Origin: Mycolicibacterium smegmatis
Lineage (GTDB): Bacteria; Actinomycetota; Actinomycetes; Mycobacteriales; Mycobacteriaceae
Assembly (NCBI RefSeq): GCF_001457595.1
Contig: NZ_LN831039.1
Span: forward strand, 690,001 to 722,000
Length of the DNA: 32,000 nt
Direction of reading: 5' to 3'
Below the pieces are notes generated by a model that did no database searches, was not told where the DNA came from, and worked only from the letters and a program-made list of their open reading frames with translations. Below, piece by piece: positions 17,299 through 24,555 of the stretch (positions within the stretch are counted from its first letter, which is position 1; each line of letters starts with the position of its first letter). The position numbers were made by a program, and so were the translations under genes.

Positions 17299-17375
17299 TT
17301 GAAACTGGGCGAAAGAGCTCGCGCACAAGGACCCTCCGGGTTTGGACGCTTGGTGTCAGATGGGAGGACGGTGCA

Positions 17376-17714
17376 GTGAAGCGGTGGGCCCTGTTGGGGA
17401 CTGCCATAGCCTTTGAGCTCACCGGGACGCTGGCCCTGCGTGCGTCTCACGACAACAAGGGATGGCTGGTACTGGCAGTCATCGGCTACGTCTGCGCGTT
17501 TGTGGGGCTGACGCTGGTTCTTCGGACCGGCCTCGCTGTCGGGGTGGCGTACGGAATCTGGGGGGCGGTCGGCACCGCCGGCACCGCCGCCTTGGCGGCC
17601 GTCTTCTTCGACGAGCCGCTGACTTGGCCCATCGTGGGTGGGATCGCGCTGATCATCGCCGGGGTGATGTTCGTCGAACTGGGCTCGCACTCACCGAAGG
17701 AGCAGTCCACATGA
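17376..17714 (+). CDS. SMR-family small multidrug/cation transporter, subunit 1 of an overlapping pair
   Basis: 112 aa from GTG 17376 (GGGAGGA 8 nt upstream). Four TM segments, with the membrane-embedded Glu in AIAFELTGTLALRAS. Typical length for SMR proteins. Confidence 0.8.
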   Translation: MKRWALLGTAIAFELTGTLALRASHDNKGWLVLAVIGYVCAFVGLTLVLRTGLAVGVAYGIWGAVGTAGTAALAAVFFDEPLTWPIVGGIALIIAGVMFVELGSHSPKEQST

Positions 17715-18049
17715 TGTGGTTTGTGTTGGGGGCAGCGATCGTCATCGAGGTGGGGGCCACCTTGGCCCTGCGTGCTTCGGAGGGATTCCGCAGAAAGCGG
17801 TGGATTGCGCCAGTCTTGTCCGGTTACGCCGTGTCGCTTTCTCTGCTGTGGGTGTCCCTGAGCCTGGGCATGCCGGTGGGTGTGGCGTATGGCGTCTGGA
17901 CCGCATGCGGCGTAGCGCTGGTCGCGATAGTGGCGCGCTTCCTGTTCAACGACCCGTTGACCATGAAGATGGCAATCGGGATCACCTTCATCGTCTCTGG
18001 TGTGCTCGCGATCGAGCTCGCCGGTGTACCCGGTCTTGGGGCTAGCTAG
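17711..18049 (+). CDS. SMR-family small multidrug/cation transporter, subunit 2
   Basis: 112 aa. MMWFVLGAAIVIEVGATLALRASEGF carries the conserved Glu. ATG 17711 overlaps the upstream TGA (ATGA), implying translational coupling and a heterodimeric paired SMR. Confidence 0.8.
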   Translation: MMWFVLGAAIVIEVGATLALRASEGFRRKRWIAPVLSGYAVSLSLLWVSLSLGMPVGVAYGVWTACGVALVAIVARFLFNDPLTMKMAIGITFIVSGVLAIELAGVPGLGAS

Positions 18050-18058
18050 CTAGCTAGG
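18041..18058. repeat. (GCTA)4 tetranucleotide repeat / CTAG x4 palindromic tract
   Basis: GCTAGCTAGCTAGCTAGG. TAG occurs at 18043, 18047, 18051 and 18055, which gives stops in all three frames on both strands. The TAG at 18047 is the SMR-2 stop. Confidence 0.9.
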
Positions 18059-18160
18059 GACACGATCTGTATGGCGACCCGTCAGCGCTGAGCTGTCGCT
18101 CCACGGGTGTGTGTGGTGGTTCAACGAACTGCCGTGGCCCGCGGTCGCGCGGTGAGTCAC

Positions 18161-18206
18161 GCAGTGGCGTGCGGTATCCCGTTGAGGCAATACCGCACGC
18201 CACTGC
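18161..18206. terminator. Bidirectional intrinsic-terminator-like hairpin between the convergent SMR and MFS genes
   Basis: Perfect 17-bp stem GCAGTGGCGTGCGGTAT / ATACCGCACGCCACTGC with a 12-nt loop, 13 nt beyond the MFS stop (18219-18221). No clear U-tract, as is common in actinobacteria. Confidence 0.65.
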
Positions 18207-18218
18207 CACCCAGTCCGT

Positions 18219-19472
18219 TCAGCGTTGTGGTTGCAGCGCGTCGGAGTTCGGCTCTGCGACAGGGGCGGTTTCCTTGATGAAGAACGGCGTGACGGCGCAC
18301 AGCAGGATGGTGGCGACGGTCAGCACCACGAAACCCTGGACAAAGCTGCCGGTGGCATCCTTGACGGCCCCCAACAGGTACGGATAGGCGAATCCGCTCA
18401 CGATCCAGGGGACCCCGACAATGATGCCGTTGACCACACCCGCAGACTTCGGGTGCACTGACTCGACGGCTTCGGCCAACGACAATGATTCACTCGCGTA
18501 AACGCCGATACCGATCAGCGGAACGAGCAGGATGACCATGACGTAGTTTCCGGTGGCTAGGAAGAGCGTCATCGCCGCAAGCGAACCTGCCGTCACGAAC
18601 CCACCCACCGTGATGATCTTCTTCGGACTGCCCAGCCGTTCGGCAAGGATGGGCACCGACAGTGCCGCGGCCGAGCCGGCGATGGAGAACAGTGCGGTCA
18701 GGAACCCGGCCAGCGATTCCGACACGCCTGCTTCCTCGACGAGGATTGACGGCATCCAGCTCGAGATCGCGGCGAACAGGCCCACGCCACCAATCCAGAA
18801 GAGCAGTGCTGACAGCACATTTCGGTTCGCCAGCGAGCGATACGGCCGCTCAGCAGAGACACCCGACACCGGTTCTGCGGGCAGCGAATGTAGCGCTTGG
18901 CCTACGGCGACGGGCGCGTTCTTCGACACGAAGAGCACCACGACGAGGACGGCACCCATGCAGACAGCCTGAACGGTCAGGCCCATGCGCCAGCCGAAGG
19001 CGGCAAGCACGGCCGAGAAGACGAACAGACTCAGTAGGGCTCCCATTCCGTCTCCGGACAGCATGACGCCAAGTGCACGCCCGGTCTTCCTGACGTCCCG
19101 GAACCAGTTCGCCGCCATGGTGTAGGTGGCGACCCACAAGAACCCCACCGAGACGCCGGCGAGAACCCTCGCAACGATGATGAGGCTGAATCCGTCGGCC
19201 ATGGCGAAGAGTGCCTGCCCCAGCACCCCGGCTGCCAGACCCGCCATGATGACGTTCTTGCTTCCCCATCGGGATGCCACCACACCCCCGATCAGGATCA
19301 TCACACCTGCGACCAGGCCGGTGATCGAGGAGATGCCGCCGGCCTGCGAGTAGCTCAGACCCAGCTCCTCGCTGATGGTTCCGAGGCTGGGGCTCCACCC
19401 GACATAGGGCAGAAACGCACCCACCAATGCCATGTACGCGACAAATAGATTTGTCCACCTACTGTTTGACAT
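18219..19472 (-). CDS. MFS transporter
   Basis: 417 aa from ATG 19472 (GGAGGA RBS upstream; the track start 19550 adds 26 non-hydrophobic residues). 12 hydrophobic segments, with the MFS loop motif GGVVASRWGSKNV between TM2 and TM3. Confidence 0.85.
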   Translation of the reverse strand: MSNSRWTNLFVAYMALVGAFLPYVGWSPSLGTISEELGLSYSQAGGISSITGLVAGVMILIGGVVASRWGSKNVIMAGLAAGVLGQALFAMADGFSLIIVARVLAGVSVGFLWVATYTMAANWFRDVRKTGRALGVMLSGDGMGALLSLFVFSAVLAAFGWRMGLTVQAVCMGAVLVVVLFVSKNAPVAVGQALHSLPAEPVSGVSAERPYRSLANRNVLSALLFWIGGVGLFAAISSWMPSILVEEAGVSESLAGFLTALFSIAGSAAALSVPILAERLGSPKKIITVGGFVTAGSLAAMTLFLATGNYVMVILLVPLIGIGVYASESLSLAEAVESVHPKSAGVVNGIIVGVPWIVSGFAYPYLLGAVKDATGSFVQGFVVLTVATILLCAVTPFFIKETAPVAEPNSDALQPQR

Positions 19473-19735
19473 AACGCTCCTCCGCGACTCGGACCTGACA
19501 AAGTTTGTTGTCGTGCAAAGTGCGGCCCTGGCTGAAAAGTCAACCCACACGAGCCGTCCGTGCTCTTAAAGGTTGCTACGTGAGGGCGCTCACACCACAT
19601 CGCCGAAGTGTCAAGGAGGATCCCGACGCCATCGACACATCGTCAAGTACTGCACTTTCGGGCAGACGCAGTGAAGACAACGCCGTTACGATCGACGACC
19701 GCACGCAAACTCCACCTCAGAAAGCAGGATCATCT

Positions 19736-20080
19736 GTGAAGAAGTTCGACTCCAATTGGACGCCTTTCACGCCCGTGGCACGTGAGCGTGTGACGGAGGG
19801 AGAACCGGAAACACGTCTTGCGGAAGCAGTATCGGGCGAGGGCTTTAAGTCCGGCCTGTGGGAGGTGACGCCGGGCCGGTTCACCACAGCGCCGCGGGGA
19901 TTCGACGAAGTAATCCACATCATCAGTGGTAGCGGAGTGTTGCGGTCTGCCGATGGTAGTTCGGTGGAACTGGCGCCGGGTGTCTCGTTTCTGATGGAAG
20001 ACGGATTCGTGGGTGAATGGGAAATCCGTGAGCAGCTGCAGAAGTTCTACGCCAAGGTTCAGACCGCTACCGCCGACTGA
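19736..20080 (+). CDS. DUF861 (Cupin_3) small cupin protein, copy 1
   Basis: 114 aa from GTG 19736. GLWEVTPGRF...DEVIHIISGSGVLRSADGSSVELAPGVSFLMEDGFVGEWEIREQLQKFY fits the EutQ-like / ureidoglycine-aminohydrolase-type cupin pattern. The track ORF start 19505 adds an implausible leader. Confidence 0.7.
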   Translation: MKKFDSNWTPFTPVARERVTEGEPETRLAEAVSGEGFKSGLWEVTPGRFTTAPRGFDEVIHIISGSGVLRSADGSSVELAPGVSFLMEDGFVGEWEIREQLQKFYAKVQTATAD

Positions 20081-20095
20081 TCGTGTTGTGCTCGG

Positions 20096-20144
20096 CCGCC
20101 GGCCGGGGGGCGGCGTCGCCGCGGCGGCTCCCCCGGCCGGGCGG
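20096..20144 (+). terminator. GC-rich hairpin downstream of cupin copy 1
   Basis: CCGCCGGCCGGGGG ... CCCCCGGCCGGGCGG: a stem of about 14 bp with one bulge and a loop of about 20 nt, 16 nt after the stop at 20080. Confidence 0.5.
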
Positions 20145-20374
20145 CCCACGATCCGTTCTGGTCGGCAGATATTCGAATCGGCACCATGGACAGTCTGACG
20201 CACGTCTCGCCCGTATCGTCTGACACTTTGTTCCGTGTGACGCGGACAACACCGTATGTACTCTCAGTTCCGCGGGCCGACGCCTTGCGCGTCTGCTGTC
20301 CATATCGACAACCGGGGCCCACAACATCGGCCTCCTCGCGTGGCCCACCCGCCTCGCGCCGCGAAAGTGTAGAA

Positions 20375-21796
20375 ATGACTGACGAAAACCCATCCGGCAC
20401 AAGTAGATTGCTAGCCACATCAACGCATCACCCCCGATCTGACACGGCCATCGAGGCCTCGCGAGTCACCATCGCGGTGGTCGGAAGCGGCCCGTCCGGA
20501 TGCTACGCCGCGACATTTCTGAAGAAGGCGTGGCCGCAGGCGGAGATCACCGTCTTCGAGTCGATGCCGACGCCTTATGGACTTGTCCGCTACGGGATCG
20601 CGGCCGACCACCAGGGCACCAAGAATGTTACACGGCAGTTCGACCGACTTTTCACACGAGAGGGCGTGCGATTCGCCGGCAACGTGTGCGTGGGATCCGA
20701 CGTCGACTTCGCCGACATTGCAAGTTGCTTCGACGTCGTTGTGCTTGCCACGGGACTTCCCCAAGATCGCCCGCTGGGCATCCCGCAACAAGCGGGGACG
20801 CGCGTGATCGGAGCTGGAATGCTGCTGCGCGCACTCAACGGCCATCCGGCACATACGCTTCCACGCGATGCCGACGGCCGGTACGTGCCGCTCGGTCGGC
20901 ACCTTGCCGTGGTCGGCATGGGCAATGTTGCCATAGACGTGATTCGACTGATGTCAAAGGACCCCGAGGAGCTGAATGGGTCTGACATCAACGACGAGCT
21001 TCTCGAACAACTCCGACCTCGGAGACTCACCAGCATTGACGTCATCAGCCGATCTGGCCTGTGTCACGCCAAATTTGACCTCGCGATGATGCGCGAGCTG
21101 CTGTCCCTGCCAAACATCGACATCACTGTGACAGGCATGAGCGACAACGACATCGGACCGGCCGCAGAACTGCTACGTCCCTATATCGGCACCGCCACCG
21201 ACTCATCCACACCGGAGGAGACACGCACTCAAGTGCGCCTACACTTCCAACTCACTCCTGAATCGATCACAAATGGCGATGGTCGCGCACACCTGAGGGC
21301 GAGTAGTCCGAATGGGCTCGCCCCGGTGACCGAAATAGCCGTTGACTCTGTGATCACAGCAATCGGATTCACCCATGGAGCTCATGACGATCGGAGCTGC
21401 CCGACCGGGGAGTGGTCCGGGAAGAACGTCTATCGGGTGGGATGGCTCAACCGTGGACCGCGAGGCGCCATCCCAGAGACCCGCAAGGACGCTCGACAAG
21501 TGGTCGACACCATCGCCAACGACATGGCAAGCGGACGTCTCGAAGTCGGCAGAGCGGGATATAAGGCGCTAGAGCCATCGCTTAGAAATGTTGTCAATTT
21601 TGCAGATTGGCGGCGGATCGAGGCCATCGAACAAAGAGAAGCACCGCCCGGTCGTTGTCGGCGCAAGATCACCGATCGAAAGCACATGCTCTTAATCGCC
21701 ACCTCAGCATCTAATTCAGTTGCTGCACTTAATATACCGCAGCGTCCGGGTGACGGCCGGGCGCAACAACATACTCGCAGGGAGTCGGATCAATGA
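20375..21796 (+). CDS. fprA: FprA / adrenodoxin-reductase-type NADPH:ferredoxin(flavodoxin) oxidoreductase
   Basis: IAVVGSGPSGCYAA (FAD GxGxxG), PYGLVRYGIAADH, and LAVVGMGNVAIDVIRLM (NADP site). The C-terminal WRRIEAIEQRE...GRCRRKITDRKHMLLIA resembles the M. tuberculosis FprA tail. The start is uncertain: ATG 20375 has a weak RBS, and an in-frame TTG near 20407 is an alternative. The track start 20186 is unlikely. Confidence 0.8.
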   Translation: MTDENPSGTSRLLATSTHHPRSDTAIEASRVTIAVVGSGPSGCYAATFLKKAWPQAEITVFESMPTPYGLVRYGIAADHQGTKNVTRQFDRLFTREGVRFAGNVCVGSDVDFADIASCFDVVVLATGLPQDRPLGIPQQAGTRVIGAGMLLRALNGHPAHTLPRDADGRYVPLGRHLAVVGMGNVAIDVIRLMSKDPEELNGSDINDELLEQLRPRRLTSIDVISRSGLCHAKFDLAMMRELLSLPNIDITVTGMSDNDIGPAAELLRPYIGTATDSSTPEETRTQVRLHFQLTPESITNGDGRAHLRASSPNGLAPVTEIAVDSVITAIGFTHGAHDDRSCPTGEWSGKNVYRVGWLNRGPRGAIPETRKDARQVVDTIANDMASGRLEVGRAGYKALEPSLRNVVNFADWRRIEAIEQREAPPGRCRRKITDRKHMLLIATSASNSVAALNIPQRPGDGRAQQHTRRESDQ

Positions 21797-22245
21797 GAAC
21801 GGTCACCATCCTCTTCGGTACCGAAACCGGAAACGCCGAGATGGTCGCCGACGAAATCGCCACGGCTCTGGCTGATTTCGACACCTCAGCCGAGGTGCAC
21901 AGTATGGGCGACTACCCGGTGGATGAGCTTGGCGGACAACCGCTGGTCATCCTCATCACCTCGACTTATGGCGAAGGGGATCTGCCCGACACCGCCATAC
22001 CGTTCTTCGACGCTCTAAAGGCCCTGCAGCCGGACCTGTCGTCGACCCGGTTCGCCGCTTTCGGCCTGGGCGACAGCAGCTATGACACCTACAACAACGG
22101 CATCGAAACTCTGATCGCTGCAGTAACCGGGCTTGGCGCGACGCAAATCGGCGAGACCGGTCGCCACGATGCCGACAGTGGCCTCGACCCCTGCGACACC
22201 GCGACGACATGGGTCCGGGAGACATTCGCACATGCTGAAGTGTGA
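21793..22245 (+). CDS. Short-chain flavodoxin (FMN)
   Basis: 150 aa. ILFGTETGNAEMVADEI (phosphate-binding T/S-x-T-G-x-T loop) and ITSTYGEGDLPD. ATG 21793 overlaps the reductase TGA (ATGA), with GGGAG upstream. Confidence 0.85.
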   Translation: MRTVTILFGTETGNAEMVADEIATALADFDTSAEVHSMGDYPVDELGGQPLVILITSTYGEGDLPDTAIPFFDALKALQPDLSSTRFAAFGLGDSSYDTYNNGIETLIAAVTGLGATQIGETGRHDADSGLDPCDTATTWVRETFAHAEV

Positions 22246-22289
22246 CGCCAGAAACGTAGCCACCTAACCACCTTGATCGAAGGAGAAAC

Positions 22290-22652
22290 GTGACTGTACA
22301 TGGCACCTCATCGCTGAGTGCCGCCATAATCCCCGAGCCCAACTCAGTGACTCTCGATGACTGGGGTCCACTGCCCGAGGCAACAGGCGCACCGATGGCC
22401 ACCGAAGGCAAGAAGCTCTGGGCGGGTGACGGAATTCTCGAAGTCGGCATATGGAAATGTGCCGCCGGTCTGTCGCGCTGGAAGTTCGAGACCAACGAGT
22501 CCTTCACAATCTTCTCCGGTCGGATGACGGTGACCGAGGATGGTGGCCAACCTCTCGAACTCACCTACGGCGACAGCGCGGTTTTCCCGAAGGGGTGGAG
22601 CGGTGTATGGGAGCTGCACGAAACGGTGCTCAAGGTGTACACGGTCTTCTGA
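22290..22652 (+). CDS. DUF861 (Cupin_3) small cupin protein, copy 2
   Basis: 120 aa, GTG start with an AAGGAG RBS. VGIWKCAAGLSRWKFETNESFTIFSGRMTVTEDGGQPLELTYGDSAVFPKGWSGVWELHETVLKVY is the classic DUF861 pattern. Confidence 0.75.
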   Translation: MTVHGTSSLSAAIIPEPNSVTLDDWGPLPEATGAPMATEGKKLWAGDGILEVGIWKCAAGLSRWKFETNESFTIFSGRMTVTEDGGQPLELTYGDSAVFPKGWSGVWELHETVLKVYTVF

Positions 22653-22785
22653 CTATGGTGGGCGACGTCAAGATCGCCTGAAACGAGCGTGCGGAAATAC
22701 GTGGGGTCATTGGCGCCTGCCTTCCCTAGGTGCCCCGTTGAGTGCAAATGCAGATGCAAATGACAGTTAAAGGAAATTCGCTTCA

Positions 22786-23871
22786 ATGAGTCAGACTGTG
22801 CGTGGGTTGATTTCTCGCTCCAAGGGTGCCCGGGTGGAGGTCACCGACATCGTGATCCCAGACCCGGGTCCGGGTGAGGTGGTGGTCAAGGTCATCGCCT
22901 GCGGGGTCTGTCACACCGACCTGACCTATCGCGAGGGCGGCATCTCCGATGACTACCCGTTCCTACTGGGCCACGAGGCGTCCGGCACCGTCGAAGCCAT
23001 CGGCGAGGGCGTGATCAACGTGGAGCCAGGTGATTTCGTCATCTTGAACTGGCGCGCGGTGTGCGGCCAGTGCCGAGCTTGCAAACGCGGCCGACCGCAC
23101 CTGTGTTTCGAGACCTTCAACGCCACCCAGAGTATGACGCTGACCGACGGCACTCAGCTCTCCCCGGCGTTGGGCGTCGGCGCCTTCGTCGAAAAGACCC
23201 TGGTCCATGAAAGACAATGCACCAAAGTCGATTCCGCGGCGGATCCCGCCGTCGCAGGCCTGCTGGGGTGCGGGGTGATGGCAGGCATCGGTGCCGCGAT
23301 CAACACCGGTGCCGTGACCCGCGATGACACCGTCGCCGTCATCGGCTGTGGCGGCGTCGGTGACGCCGCCATTGCCGGCGCGGCCCTGGTCGGCGCGAAG
23401 ACGATCATCGCAGTCGACCTGGATAGCCGGAAGTTGGAGAAGGCCCGTGAATTTGGGGCCACTCATACAGTGAACGGGGCCGACGCCGATGTCGTGACCT
23501 CGATTCAGGATCTGACCGGTGGCTTCGGCGCTGATGTGGTGATCGACGCTGTGGGCCGGCCGGCGACGTGGAAGCAGGCTTTCTACGCACGTGACCTTGC
23601 CGGCACCGTCGTCCTGGTCGGCGTGCCCACGCCGGCAATGACCCTTGACATGCCCTTGGTAGACCTCTTTTCGCATGGCGGGGCGCTCAAATCCTCCTGG
23701 TACGGAGACTGCCTTCCGGAGCGCGACTTCCCGACCCTGATCTCGCTGCACCTACAGGGCAGGCTGCCGTTGGAGAAGTTCGTCACCGAACGTATCGGCC
23801 TCGACGATGTCGAAGACGCCTTCAAGAAGATGCATGCCGGCGAAGTCCTGCGTTCGGTGGTCATGCTCTGA
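22786..23871 (+). CDS. mscR: S-(hydroxymethyl)mycothiol dehydrogenase / S-nitrosomycothiol reductase (mycothiol-dependent formaldehyde dehydrogenase)
   Basis: 361 aa. [11 protein letters not shown]..., [53 protein letters not shown] and the C-terminus [31 protein letters not shown]...VLRSVVML are almost collinear with M. tuberculosis MscR (Rv2259) as I recall it. Confidence 0.92.
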   Translation: MSQTVRGLISRSKGARVEVTDIVIPDPGPGEVVVKVIACGVCHTDLTYREGGISDDYPFLLGHEASGTVEAIGEGVINVEPGDFVILNWRAVCGQCRACKRGRPHLCFETFNATQSMTLTDGTQLSPALGVGAFVEKTLVHERQCTKVDSAADPAVAGLLGCGVMAGIGAAINTGAVTRDDTVAVIGCGGVGDAAIAGAALVGAKTIIAVDLDSRKLEKAREFGATHTVNGADADVVTSIQDLTGGFGADVVIDAVGRPATWKQAFYARDLAGTVVLVGVPTPAMTLDMPLVDLFSHGGALKSSWYGDCLPERDFPTLISLHLQGRLPLEKFVTERIGLDDVEDAFKKMHAGEVLRSVVML

Positions 23872-24494
23872 TGGGCACCATCCAATGCATCGTCACCTCG
23901 GGAAAGTTCGAACTCGACGCAGGCAGCTGGGACGTCGACAACAACATCTGGCTCGTTGGCGATGACTCGGATGTCATCGTCTTCGATGCCGCCCACACCG
24001 CTGCCCCCATCATCGATGCCGTCGCCGGGCGTAACGTCGTGGCCGTGGTCTGCACCCACGGTCACAATGACCACGTCACCGTCGCCCCCGAGCTCGGCAG
24101 AGCCCTCGATGCTCCGGTGCTGCTGCACCCGGGCGATGATGTGCTGTGGCAGATGACCCACCCCGCCGAGCAGTTCCACGCCGTCGACGGCGGCGCGACC
24201 CTTCAGGTCGGCGGAATCGAACTGCTCGGCCTGCACACCCCGGGCCACTCACCGGGTTCGGTGTGCTGGTTCGCCCCCGAACTCGGCGCAGTGTTCTCCG
24301 GCGACACCCTGTTCCACGGCGGCCCGGGCGCCACCGGTCGCTCCTTCTCGGATTTCCCGACCATCCTCGACTCGATCAAGAACCGGCTCGGCACGCTGCC
24401 CGACGACACAGTCGTCCATACCGGACACGGTGACAACACCACGATTGGTGACGAGCTGGTGAACTATCACCAGTGGGTTGCCCGCGGCCACTGA
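23871..24494 (+). CDS. MBL-fold (glyoxalase II-like) hydrolase; candidate S-formylmycothiol hydrolase
   Basis: 207 aa. THGHNDH (HxHxDH zinc motif), HTPGHSPGS, HTGHG. The ATG overlaps the mscR stop (TGATG). An MBL-fold gene also follows mscR in mycobacteria. Confidence 0.8.
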   Translation: MGTIQCIVTSGKFELDAGSWDVDNNIWLVGDDSDVIVFDAAHTAAPIIDAVAGRNVVAVVCTHGHNDHVTVAPELGRALDAPVLLHPGDDVLWQMTHPAEQFHAVDGGATLQVGGIELLGLHTPGHSPGSVCWFAPELGAVFSGDTLFHGGPGATGRSFSDFPTILDSIKNRLGTLPDDTVVHTGHGDNTTIGDELVNYHQWVARGH

Positions 24495-24503
24495 AGACAC
24501 GAC

Positions 24504-24531
24504 GGGCCTCACTGCAGCAGCAGTGAGGCCC
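24504..24531. terminator. Bidirectional terminator hairpin between the convergent MBL-hydrolase and P450 genes
   Basis: Perfect 12-bp stem GGGCCTCACTGC / GCAGTGAGGCCC with a 4-nt loop AGCA. It lies 10 nt after stop 24494 and 25 nt after the P450 stop. Confidence 0.7.
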
Positions 24532-24555
24532 GCGTCGGAACTCGCCGATGTCCTA

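Noticed and set aside
17254-17375. Possible guanidine riboswitch (ykkC, mini-ykkC or ykkC-III) upstream of the SMR pair
   Set aside because: SMR genes are frequent guanidine-riboswitch targets, so I looked for one. The only hairpin (17281-17298) has an ACGCAC hexaloop rather than paired ACGR tetraloop hairpins. The conserved GGUCCGAGAG / GCCCGGGAGA (ykkC) and ACCCGG...GGACAAG (ykkC-III) strings are absent.
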